IMG/VR virus record: IMGVR_UViG_3300020027_000004
Span: 17,986 to 81,985 of that record
Reading direction: 5' to 3' (one strand)
Source: a virus
DNA: 64,000 nt
Within the stretch, counting starts at the first letter, position 1; each line of letters opens with the position of its first letter. Positions 48,043-56,129 of the stretch are shown here, in pieces. Made by a program: the position numbers and the translations under genes. Below the pieces are notes generated by a model. That model worked only from the letters and a program-made list of their open reading frames with translations. It ran no database searches and had not been told where the DNA came from.

Positions 48043-49602
48043 GTGGCTATCATCGAAGGAATCTCGATCGGCATCCTCGTCGGACAGTACGTCTATCACC
48101 GATGGAAGGGGGGCGACGACAATCCGACTCCAGCGAAGGAGATCCAGCTCGCGCGCGTCGATGAGGGTGCCCCGTACGCTCAAATTTACGGCCGATGCCG
48201 CATCCGTCAGCCGATCTTGGCGTGGCACTCGTCTCCACAGTTCACCTGGCACGAGTTCGATGAGGGCGTGATTGAGACGCTCTACGCGATGGACATGTTT
48301 TTCGTGCTCGGGTTTCCGATGCGCGATGGGGCGCGCAACAAGATCCACGGCCTCTGGCTTGGCGAGCTCGCTATGCCACCGTATGAGTACTCCGTTCCGC
48401 CGCTCTACACACCAGCCGAGTCGTTCGACGAGTTGACAGGCGATGGTGGGTACGAAAGATCCACGAGGGTGCTGGCCGTTGTTCGCCAGGACGGATCCCG
48501 CGCCTTCGGTGGGGAGATCGAGTTCCTCAGAGGTGGCGAGGCGCAGGAACTCGTGAATGACGCGGGCGTCGCTGTGACGCTTGCTGGCGAGAAGATGTTG
48601 GCGAACGGAGTGCCGGCCGCGTCGATCCCGGGCTACCGCGGGATGATGTGCATTCTGCTGACCCAGCATGCGATCGATCTAGATCCGAACGTTGCGGCCG
48701 ACTTCATTCCGGAGCGATTCGTGATCGGTCCATCACCGCAGGTGCCAGCGGTCTCCGTCGAGGCCAGCTCGTACGCCTTCCCGTGGCTCACCAACCTCGA
48801 GAGCCATACATTGATCGGCGATGATGCGAACCCGGCTGACGTCATCTACGACATCCTTTGGAACACCCGAGCTCGGCTCGGTCTGCCGCTCGAGCGCATC
48901 GACCGTTTCTCGTTCGAGCTGGCTGCGATTCAGCTAAAGGCGGAGAGCCATGGCTACTCCCTAGCTATCGAGGATTCGCGACCGGCCGAAAAGATCATCG
49001 AAGACATCCTCATCCAGATCGATGGCGTGGTGTACGAGGATCCGCGCGACGGAAAGATCAAGATCCGTCTCGTCCGCGGCGACTACGATCCGAGCGCGAC
49101 GTTGCACATCACGCGCGACAACTGCGACGAACTCAAGATGGCGGCCAGCCGCGGGTGGTCGAACATCACGAACAAGATTCGCGTGGCGTTCGAGAACCGT
49201 CAAAACGCCTACCGAGATGACTCAGCGACCGCGCAAAATCAGGCGAACGCTGGCGGAGCGGACGCTGGCGAGCTCGTCATCCAGGCACCCGGCTGTAAGA
49301 CGATGACACTAGCGCGCGAGATCGCGGCACGCGAGTTGAGCGCGACATCGCGGCCGATCGCGAAGTGCAGCGCCTACGTCAACTCCGACTTCTATTACAC
49401 GGTGGTGGGTGACGTCGTGCGAGTGACGTGGCCGGAGATCGGGTGGTCTGAGATGTTGTTCCGGGTGGCCGATGTCGATCGGGGTACCAACGAGAACGGC
49501 AAGATTCGGCTCGACTTGATCCAAGATTTTTTCTACGTCCGCCGCGGCGTGTTGAACCCGATCCCTCCGCTACCGCCGTTCCCCGAAGGGCCGTTCGGCT
49601 AG
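48043..49602 (+). CDS. Tail tip/central tail protein (Phage-tail_3-like)
   Basis: EG.PY..IYGR.RI..P..AW; PGYRG; DANPA..IYDIL; I.DIL..IDG.VY.DP..GK..IRL.R.DY. Confidence 0.85.
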   Translation: MAIIEGISIGILVGQYVYHRWKGGDDNPTPAKEIQLARVDEGAPYAQIYGRCRIRQPILAWHSSPQFTWHEFDEGVIETLYAMDMFFVLGFPMRDGARNKIHGLWLGELAMPPYEYSVPPLYTPAESFDELTGDGGYERSTRVLAVVRQDGSRAFGGEIEFLRGGEAQELVNDAGVAVTLAGEKMLANGVPAASIPGYRGMMCILLTQHAIDLDPNVAADFIPERFVIGPSPQVPAVSVEASSYAFPWLTNLESHTLIGDDANPADVIYDILWNTRARLGLPLERIDRFSFELAAIQLKAESHGYSLAIEDSRPAEKIIEDILIQIDGVVYEDPRDGKIKIRLVRGDYDPSATLHITRDNCDELKMAASRGWSNITNKIRVAFENRQNAYRDDSATAQNQANAGGADAGELVIQAPGCKTMTLAREIAARELSATSRPIAKCSAYVNSDFYYTVVGDVVRVTWPEIGWSEMLFRVADVDRGTNENGKIRLDLIQDFFYVRRGVLNPIPPLPPFPEGPFG

Positions 49603-49605
49603 CGG

Positions 49606-49962
49606 CTAGCGAGCGAACGCTGGACGGCACGGGCCGACAGGGATCCCATCGGCATCGATGGTGCCGATTTCCTCCCAGCACTCGGCGGACTCGATGGTCG
49701 GCTCGCACGCCTCAAGCTCGTCGATCGGCTTGTACTCGGCGTTGCAGTCGGTCACAGCGCACACCTTGGAGACGACCTGAGCCTCGCAGGACTCGCGCGT
49801 GACACCCTGGGTGTTGCAGTCGCCGATCCATCGATGGCACCAGCTGTCCGCCCAGAACTCAGTGGCTTCGCGAACGGTGACCACGCCACCAGAGCCGGTG
49901 GCTTCGAGTTTCGAGCAACCGACCGAGAGGAGAGCGACAACCGCGAGGGCTACGAGCTTCAT
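49606..49962 (-). CDS. Cys-rich lipoprotein
   Basis: MKLVALAVVALLSVG-C signal with variant lipobox; eight further Cys. Confidence 0.75.
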   Translation of the reverse strand: MKLVALAVVALLSVGCSKLEATGSGGVVTVREATEFWADSWCHRWIGDCNTQGVTRESCEAQVVSKVCAVTDCNAEYKPIDELEACEPTIESAECWEEIGTIDADGIPVGPCRPAFAR

Positions 49963-50126
49963 GCTCTGCAGGTTCGTCCGGAGTGGCTCGGTGTGTAGGG
50001 GTCCTGTGGGGTAGCCGTGTCGATTCCTTTGGCTCCGAGTGCCGGCTGTGGCCTAACTATGCGCGGATCCTAGCGTGGGGTGCCTTCCGGATTAGCGGCG
50101 GGGTACACTGTTTACCGTAGTCCCCG

Positions 50127-50723
50127 ATGCCGTACCCGTCGCTTCCACCGCAGCGTCCCCGCTCGTCGATGCTTTGCGCGTTCATGTCGCATCCGATCGG
50201 CCCGGCCAAGGACGCGAACGAGTACATCGCGCGGCAGAACAACATTGCGAACGCGAACGAGTGGATGCGCTTCCTCGTCACCCACACCCCGTGGGCGATC
50301 GTCTGCCCGTCGCTGACGTTCCTGACCTCGCTTGAGAAGGACATCGACGGGCTAGCTGGCGCGCGGCAGATGCGTGATCAGTTCTCGATCCTCGGCCGCT
50401 GCGATTTCCTCGTCGAGGTCGGGTGGCTTTCGCCGCACATGGGCGACTTGCGGCGCATCGCAGATCGCAATCACCAGCCGCACATCGATTTGACGTTCAT
50501 GGGAAAGAGCCCACCATGGGCGCTCGAGCGCGCGGCGGACGTGATCATGGAACACGCGCGCATGACCTCGTCGATCATGCCCCGGTCACCGTGGATGCCA
50601 CCGCTCGCGAGCGAAGACATCCTAGCGCTGCGCTCAGCCGAGGAGTTGCTCGTCGCGTCGCCGAACCATCCTGACGCGCTCGCGGTGGTCCGCACCATCC
50701 TCAACGCGGCGGCTCGCAAGTGA
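50127..50723 (+). CDS. DUF4406/DUF1937-like (nucleoside deoxyribosyltransferase fold) protein
   Basis: FMSHP.G......N...A..W...L.......AI.CP; IL.RCD......W.S..M.. Confidence 0.6.
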   Translation: MPYPSLPPQRPRSSMLCAFMSHPIGPAKDANEYIARQNNIANANEWMRFLVTHTPWAIVCPSLTFLTSLEKDIDGLAGARQMRDQFSILGRCDFLVEVGWLSPHMGDLRRIADRNHQPHIDLTFMGKSPPWALERAADVIMEHARMTSSIMPRSPWMPPLASEDILALRSAEELLVASPNHPDALAVVRTILNAAARK

Positions 50724-51322
50724 GCGCTGCCGAGCCGCCACCGAAGAAGCCGGGCAATCCAGCGTTACGCGGAACGCATCGTGATCATCATGACTACAGC
50801 GCCTTGAAGACTGCGCCAGGCGGCGTTCCGGTGCTCCCCAAGCCGGAGTCATGGGACGACTTGAAGACTGGTGTCAGCGAGCCGAGCATGCCGACCTTCC
50901 CGCGCACTATCACCGCCGAACAGGTGGGACAGACGGTGGTCGCGCTCGACAACCGCAGCCAACGCAACCTCAACCTGACCGTCGAAGCCATCAAGGTATC
51001 CGACGAGACGCTCCTCGAGGTGCAGCGGGCCAAGGCGGACATCGACCGGCTCGATCGCGCGGTTTTCGAGCTCGGGACGCGGGTCAACTCGAAGCTCGAT
51101 GCGTTCGTGATCGCGCTGATCAAGGAGCGCGAGATCGAGGTCGACATCAACGCGAAGAAGACGATCCACGAGATGGACCTCGCCACGAAAAACAACGACG
51201 CGTTGATCGAGGAGGATCGCAAGCGGCGAGACCACCGGCGATGGCTCGTCGTGAAGTTAGTGGGGCTGCTACTCCTGCTCGTCGGCGTGTACGTCGCGGG
51301 CGGCAAGGGGCCATCACTCTGA
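50720..51322 (+). CDS. Coiled-coil protein with C-terminal TM (lysis-module membrane protein)
   Basis: Heptad-rich centre; WLVVKLVGLLLLLVGVYVAG TM near the C-terminus. Confidence 0.6.
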   Translation: MSAAEPPPKKPGNPALRGTHRDHHDYSALKTAPGGVPVLPKPESWDDLKTGVSEPSMPTFPRTITAEQVGQTVVALDNRSQRNLNLTVEAIKVSDETLLEVQRAKADIDRLDRAVFELGTRVNSKLDAFVIALIKEREIEVDINAKKTIHEMDLATKNNDALIEEDRKRRDHRRWLVVKLVGLLLLLVGVYVAGGKGPSL

Positions 51323-51454
51323 CCCTCGCGGGTCCCGGTGCGATCTCGCGGCCATCTCTTTCCGCGAGCTCAAGCTGAGCTGTGCGCCGCCATCCATTCG
51401 GCGAACAACTGACGGGCCGGGCCTCCGTCGTACAAGGGTGAAGCGGTCGAGTGT

Positions 51455-51530
51455 TGGGTGCAGGAAAAACCGGAATCGAACCGGCTGGTTTGCTTTACAA
51501 GAGCAACGCTCCACCTTGGAGCATTTGGGC
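51455..51530 (-). ncRNA. tRNA-Thr(UGU)-like element with disrupted acceptor stem
   Basis: Minus strand GCCCAAAT-GCTC CAAGGTG GAGC-G-TTGCT CTTGTAA AGCAA-ACCA-GCCGG TTCGATT CCGGT-TTTTCCTGC-ACCCA. Confidence 0.7.
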
Positions 51531-51651
51531 GTGTTGGCACCCGACGGATGACCGTCTCAGCGCCATAGAAAGCAGACCAACGGCCGGCTGTCAAGATCAA
51601 CCGGATCGACCAGGGATCGCCGTCCGGATTGGACCGTGCGACACTGCGGGG

Positions 51652-52452
51652 ATGGAAGCGGTCGCCAAGTTCTTCTCCTCGACTCGAGCCCTCCTCGCGC
51701 TCGTGGTCCTTGTCTCAGCATCGGTGTTCGTGGTGACCGGTCACCTCGAGATCGCGAAGTGGGTGGACTTTACGCAGACCGTTTTCGCGGTCTACGTCCC
51801 CTCGGAGACGGTTGCTGTGCTCGGCGCGTCTTACCTCGCCTCGAAGGAGCGGCGCGCTCCTGTCGAAGCGGAGACGGCCAAGAACAACGCTGCGGCCGCT
51901 GTGGCTACCGCTTCCCTGGCTCCGGCTGTGGTCGCACCGCCGGTGATCGTGCAAATGCCGCCACCGGCTCCGGCGCCAGGGACCACCACGACCACCACCA
52001 CGCCGGGCTTCGTGGTGCGCGAGCTCGTGGCGTCGATCGCAGTGATCGCGATGGTATTTGGGTTCGTGGCTGGCACGGCGATGGTGCTCGCCTCCGGCTG
52101 CGGTCCCAAGAGCAGGATGGTTCTCGGAGACATCATCGACTGCACCAAGCCGAACACGAAGGCGCTCGTAGACGAGTTCGCACCGGTGCTCGATCAGGTG
52201 CTCGTTCGCGCGACCACCGGAGACGGCTCGATCGATTGGGCCAGCGTCAAGGATGCAACCAAGAGCTTCGGCATGGAGACGGGCGGATGCGTGCTGAGCA
52301 CGGTGATCGCTCGAGCGCTCAAGCCGACGACCGATCAGGGTGGGAGCTCGCCGGTGCACGCGAACGCGGATGATCTGCGGCGCGGGTTCGAGGAGATTCG
52401 CGCGTCGCAGCTCGAGGGCAAGCGCTTCAAGACGGTCGCTGGCGAGCTCTAG
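51652..52452 (+). CDS. Holin-like membrane protein fused to a lipoprotein-like periplasmic domain
   Basis: N-terminal TMs, Pro/Thr linker, a further TM ending VLASG-C, two-Cys periplasmic domain; directly upstream of the endolysin. Confidence 0.6.
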   Translation: MEAVAKFFSSTRALLALVVLVSASVFVVTGHLEIAKWVDFTQTVFAVYVPSETVAVLGASYLASKERRAPVEAETAKNNAAAAVATASLAPAVVAPPVIVQMPPPAPAPGTTTTTTTPGFVVRELVASIAVIAMVFGFVAGTAMVLASGCGPKSRMVLGDIIDCTKPNTKALVDEFAPVLDQVLVRATTGDGSIDWASVKDATKSFGMETGGCVLSTVIARALKPTTDQGGSSPVHANADDLRRGFEEIRASQLEGKRFKTVAGEL

Positions 52453-52454
52453 CG

Positions 52455-53339
52455 ATGGCGATCCAGTGGAACGGCATTCTGTTTGGCGGGGTCTATCACC
52501 AGGTGCCCGGTCTCCGTGTCGCTTCGCCTGGTCCGGGACAGGAGAAGTGGATCTCCCTCTCGCCTCGAGACTACGAGCCGCGCTCCACGAGCTGGATCCG
52601 GATGATCACGCTGCATTCGACCCAGGGCAAACATCCAACGCCCACGATTCCGGGCGCTGGCAAGGGCGGGACCGCGCATGCCACCGCCGATTTCTGGCGT
52701 GACGATCCGCGGCACAGCGCGGCGCAGATCATCGTCGATGACAACCGCGATGTGTTCGTTCTCTGCGACCTGAAGAAGATCGAGGCGTATCACGCCAGCA
52801 CGGTCAACCCATTCAGCATCGGCATCGAGCAACGCCAGCGCCCGAGCGATGGCGGGATCTTCGAGGCGACATACCAAGCGACGATGGCTCTCGTGCCCGT
52901 GCTCTGCAAGCTCGCGCGGATGCCGCTCCAGCACGCGCGCCGCTCCTACAACGGCTCGATCATCAAGAGGCTTCTGTACGGCGGCCAGGTCGAAGAACGC
53001 AAGTGCGTTGGAATCTTCGGTCACCGTGACAACGCGTGGGACTTCGAGAAGCGTACGAGCACGCGCGGGCGCGGCGATCCCGGAGATGAGGTCTACCGGC
53101 GCCTCGAAGCGATCGGCAGTGAGGGCTTCGACTACGACGCCTACGAGGACATCACCACCTGGCAGCCGCGACAGCAGTACATGAACACGCTCGGCGAGAA
53201 GCTCGACAAGCGAGCTCGCGGCGGAAACCTTCCGCTCGATCAGTTCGATGGCGTGTGCGGCCCGGGGACCTACGGCGCGATGGAGCGCCACGGGTTCGCG
53301 AATGGCCACGCGATCGACCGCGCGATCGCGAACGGCTAG
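52455..53339 (+). CDS. Endolysin, N-acetylmuramoyl-L-alanine amidase with PG-binding tail
   Basis: ITLHST, SAAQIIVD, AYHA...N..SIGIE, IFGHRD...DPG; C-terminal DG.CGP.T..A. Confidence 0.9.
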   Translation: MAIQWNGILFGGVYHQVPGLRVASPGPGQEKWISLSPRDYEPRSTSWIRMITLHSTQGKHPTPTIPGAGKGGTAHATADFWRDDPRHSAAQIIVDDNRDVFVLCDLKKIEAYHASTVNPFSIGIEQRQRPSDGGIFEATYQATMALVPVLCKLARMPLQHARRSYNGSIIKRLLYGGQVEERKCVGIFGHRDNAWDFEKRTSTRGRGDPGDEVYRRLEAIGSEGFDYDAYEDITTWQPRQQYMNTLGEKLDKRARGGNLPLDQFDGVCGPGTYGAMERHGFANGHAIDRAIANG

Positions 53340-53563
53340 GGCCGCTTTAGCGCGACCGATCGATCTGTCTTGGTACGGGCGCGAGAAACGTTCCCGCCAG
53401 CGTCAACTCGCTGGAGTTCCGTGAGCGCGTGGATCAGGTCAGGTAGGTCGGCCATCTGGAACTCGAGGACCACCGGCGATGGTCCTTTCGTCGCGATCGT
53501 GATGCGTCCAAGTGCATCACGCTTGACGAGGATCGAGCCGACTTCGACGGTGACAACCTCCAC
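53336..53563 (-). CDS. Small hypothetical protein
   Basis: TAACAT 7 nt before GTG53563; the protein-like part of the long ORF 53336-54130. Confidence 0.5.
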   Translation of the reverse strand: MEVVTVEVGSILVKRDALGRITIATKGPSPVVLEFQMADLPDLIHALTELQRVDAGGNVSRARTKTDRSVALKRP

Positions 53564-53759
53564 GATGTGGATGTTAGCAGACGCGTGCCACCGCTGCGAC
53601 GCGCAAGAGCGCACACCGTCTGTTCGCCTCACGCTCGCGAGCACATTCCCCGGACCCGCATCGTCGCGACGGCGCACATGTCGCGTCGAGCTCGATGGCG
53701 GCATCAAGATCGGCGACGAGTTGGCGCTCGACATCGGCGCCGGCGTGCTCGTCGATTGA

Positions 53760-54094
53760 TCAGCGGAGTCAACGGGCTCTCGAGGAACCACGCCTCTCGC
53801 CACCGGTCGCGCACCGGCGCGTCGGTACGCGTCCCAATCGTGGCCCGGCATTAGCTCGTCCACGAGCCAGGTCCATGCCGGATCGTCTACATCGATGACA
53901 ATCACGACGAAAGCATCGGCACCCTTCTCGCGGCAGCGATCGGCCAGTCGTGTGACCGAACCATCCGCCTTCACGAGCTCGAAGAACGTGCGCCGCTCGA
54001 TGTCGGTGATGCCAAGCGAATCGCGCGGGCAGTAGGCGATCGGCTCGCCCGATTCGTTGACGTAGACCTCACGTGCGTCCTTGGGAGGCTTCAT
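53760..54094 (-). CDS. Hypothetical protein (true 3' end uncertain)
   Basis: MKPPK...LMPGHDWDAYR..G..PVARGVV is protein-like; the frame becomes Ser/Thr/Pro-rich below ~53760. Confidence 0.5.
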
Positions 54095-54933
54095 GGTGGT
54101 GGTTCTCCTGTCTCGATGGTCTCCTGCCACAGCGCATCGTCCCGAGCCTGCTCGTTGTCAGCGAGCGCCTCGAGCCGCTTGGAAGCCTCCGCGAGGCGAG
54201 ATGTCGTGCGTCGACGAGCGGACACGGGCGGAGCCGTAACGATGTCCTCGAACGGTAGGTGCAGCACCGGGCTCAGTGGCGGGTTCGCGTTCCGGCCGCC
54301 GAACTCCTCCCACGCACGCATCACGGCGCCCGAGCCGGGAAAGTGATCCACCAGGTAGTCACCCGCCGCAGCGCCGAGCTGGAGGAACACCCACTCGCAG
54401 AACGGCGCGGGCTTCATCCCGACGAGCGCACCGGGGTGGCTGTGCTGGCGACCGCCCCAGATCAAAACGTCGTCGAGGGCCTCGTTACAGTTGCGCTTGA
54501 CCGGCCGACCACCGTAGATGATCACCGGCTCGTAGGCGTTGCGAGCTCGCCACGAGTCGCCGGCGCGTGACCCTTTCACCCAGATGGAAACGCGAACCTC
54601 GGACGGGCAGAGCAAGAGCACATCGCGCAGCGCAGCGGCCGAGGTGCAAAGCGCCCAACCGTCTGGGGTCTCGCCCATCATGCGGTCGATGAGCTGGCGG
54701 TGGTCGACCTCGCCCGCGAACGTCTCCTCGCCCGCGTAATACTTCCGCGCCAGCCCGGGATACGGCGGATCGCTGAACCCGAACCGGAGAGGCGTCGCAC
54801 CGGCAGCGGCGCCGGCTGGCGCGATGCGGAAGCGGTGGCGCGCTTGGCGGCATGCCTTCGAGCACGTCTCCGCATCCTTCCGCGCGTGCGACGGGATGGG
54901 CTCGGCGCACCACGCGCAGCGGCGATCGCTCAC
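54091..54933 (-). CDS. Amino (N6A/N4C) DNA methyltransferase-like protein with N-terminal zinc finger
   Basis: CAWC...CSKACRQ; SDPPY motif IV; HPG.KP; DHFPGSG motif I (beta order). Confidence 0.8.
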   Translation of the reverse strand: MSDRRCAWCAEPIPSHARKDAETCSKACRQARHRFRIAPAGAAAGATPLRFGFSDPPYPGLARKYYAGEETFAGEVDHRQLIDRMMGETPDGWALCTSAAALRDVLLLCPSEVRVSIWVKGSRAGDSWRARNAYEPVIIYGGRPVKRNCNEALDDVLIWGGRQHSHPGALVGMKPAPFCEWVFLQLGAAAGDYLVDHFPGSGAVMRAWEEFGGRNANPPLSPVLHLPFEDIVTAPPVSARRRTTSRLAEASKRLEALADNEQARDDALWQETIETGEPPP

Positions 54934-56129
54934 GAATGCTCGCCGAGTCCGAGCATGTCCCGCGCACGAGCAAGCGAACACGCTCGACAAACGTCAGTCC
55001 CTCGGGCTTGCGCGTGTTCGCCATCACCGTCAAACGACGCATCGCATCGGGCGCACCACGGAGGTTGCGGTGGACTCGAGCGGACGCCGTCGCGCCGAGC
55101 GCCGTCGCGCCGAGGAATCTGGATATCGACGAACACGAAGCCAGCCGGCGCTGTGGCGTTCTCGATCCCGACGCAGTGCCCGATGATGGTTTCGCCATCA
55201 AGAGCAGGTCTCACCGTGCTCGAGTCGACGAGCGCCACTCCGCGCCAGTTACTCAACTCGTGCCAGTGCTGGACGCTAGCCAACATCCGAACCCGGCCTC
55301 CGGTCTGCGCGAGGAGAACATCGCGCAGGATCTGATCGCTCGGCGTTCCGTCGCCATCTTGCGAATGCCATGTGTGAGTCGGCGACCCGAGCCTTGAGAT
55401 GACGCCCTCCCACTCGGCACGCCGCGGAACGCCTTTTCCGCTGGTCTCATCGAACTCGATCTTGCGGATCGGATGCACCCACAGCCCCGGATCGCGCTCG
55501 CCATCGTGGAGAGGGATGCATGCCTCCTCGCGCTCGGCCAAACACGCATCGCACTTGCGCACCATCGCGGCCTGAGGGAGCGTGACAGCAACACCGTTGC
55601 GCTTCTGAATCTCCTGCGAGCGCTCGGCGAATCGCACGCTCAGCAGTTCGGCGGTTTGAACCATCTCATCTTCCCACGTGCCCTCGTCGAGCCGGACATC
55701 GAGTGCGGCAGGGAAAAGGATCCGCAGTGTCCACGCGACCTCGCCGATTCCACTGGCGTCGCAGGGCTCGCTTTGCTTGCCGATTCGCATCTTGCCGATT
55801 CCGCGATAGAGGTGATCGGCAAGACGTGCAGCGACCATCCACCGAGGATCGGTGCGGCCGACCGCGTGCTCGAGTTGGCATGGGTCGAAGTTCTCGCGCA
55901 CCGGACGATCGTCACTGGGCCCGCGTTGCCCCTCGAACTCCACGCGCACGTACACCGGGCCATTGCGCTGCGACCATTCCTGAACAACGCCCAGCGCGCC
56001 CGCTGCGATGCGCACGTGACCGGTGCCGTGCGTTTCGCGCGTGCGCACCTGGTCGCCGGGCTTGAACGCGTCGATGACGTGGCGATAGCCGCACCGACGA
56101 CACGGTTCGGCTGAGATTTCGCCGCTCAT
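54930..56129 (-). CDS. Mosaic hypothetical protein containing a copy of the tail-protein motif
   Basis: CxxC, SH3-like segment, FDETSGKGVP...W...ISRLGSPTHTWHSQD, C-terminal CxxC pairs. Confidence 0.6.
   Translation of the reverse strand: MSGEISAEPCRRCGYRHVIDAFKPGDQVRTRETHGTGHVRIAAGALGVVQEWSQRNGPVYVRVEFEGQRGPSDDRPVRENFDPCQLEHAVGRTDPRWMVAARLADHLYRGIGKMRIGKQSEPCDASGIGEVAWTLRILFPAALDVRLDEGTWEDEMVQTAELLSVRFAERSQEIQKRNGVAVTLPQAAMVRKCDACLAEREEACIPLHDGERDPGLWVHPIRKIEFDETSGKGVPRRAEWEGVISRLGSPTHTWHSQDGDGTPSDQILRDVLLAQTGGRVRMLASVQHWHELSNWRGVALVDSSTVRPALDGETIIGHCVGIENATAPAGFVFVDIQIPRRDGARRDGVRSSPPQPPWCARCDASFDGDGEHAQARGTDVCRACSLARARDMLGLGEHS

Noticed and set aside
51455-51530. tRNA-derived attP core
   Set aside because: An att core usually keeps the tRNA 3' end intact and lies beside an integrase; here the 3' acceptor strand is the damaged part and no integrase is adjacent.
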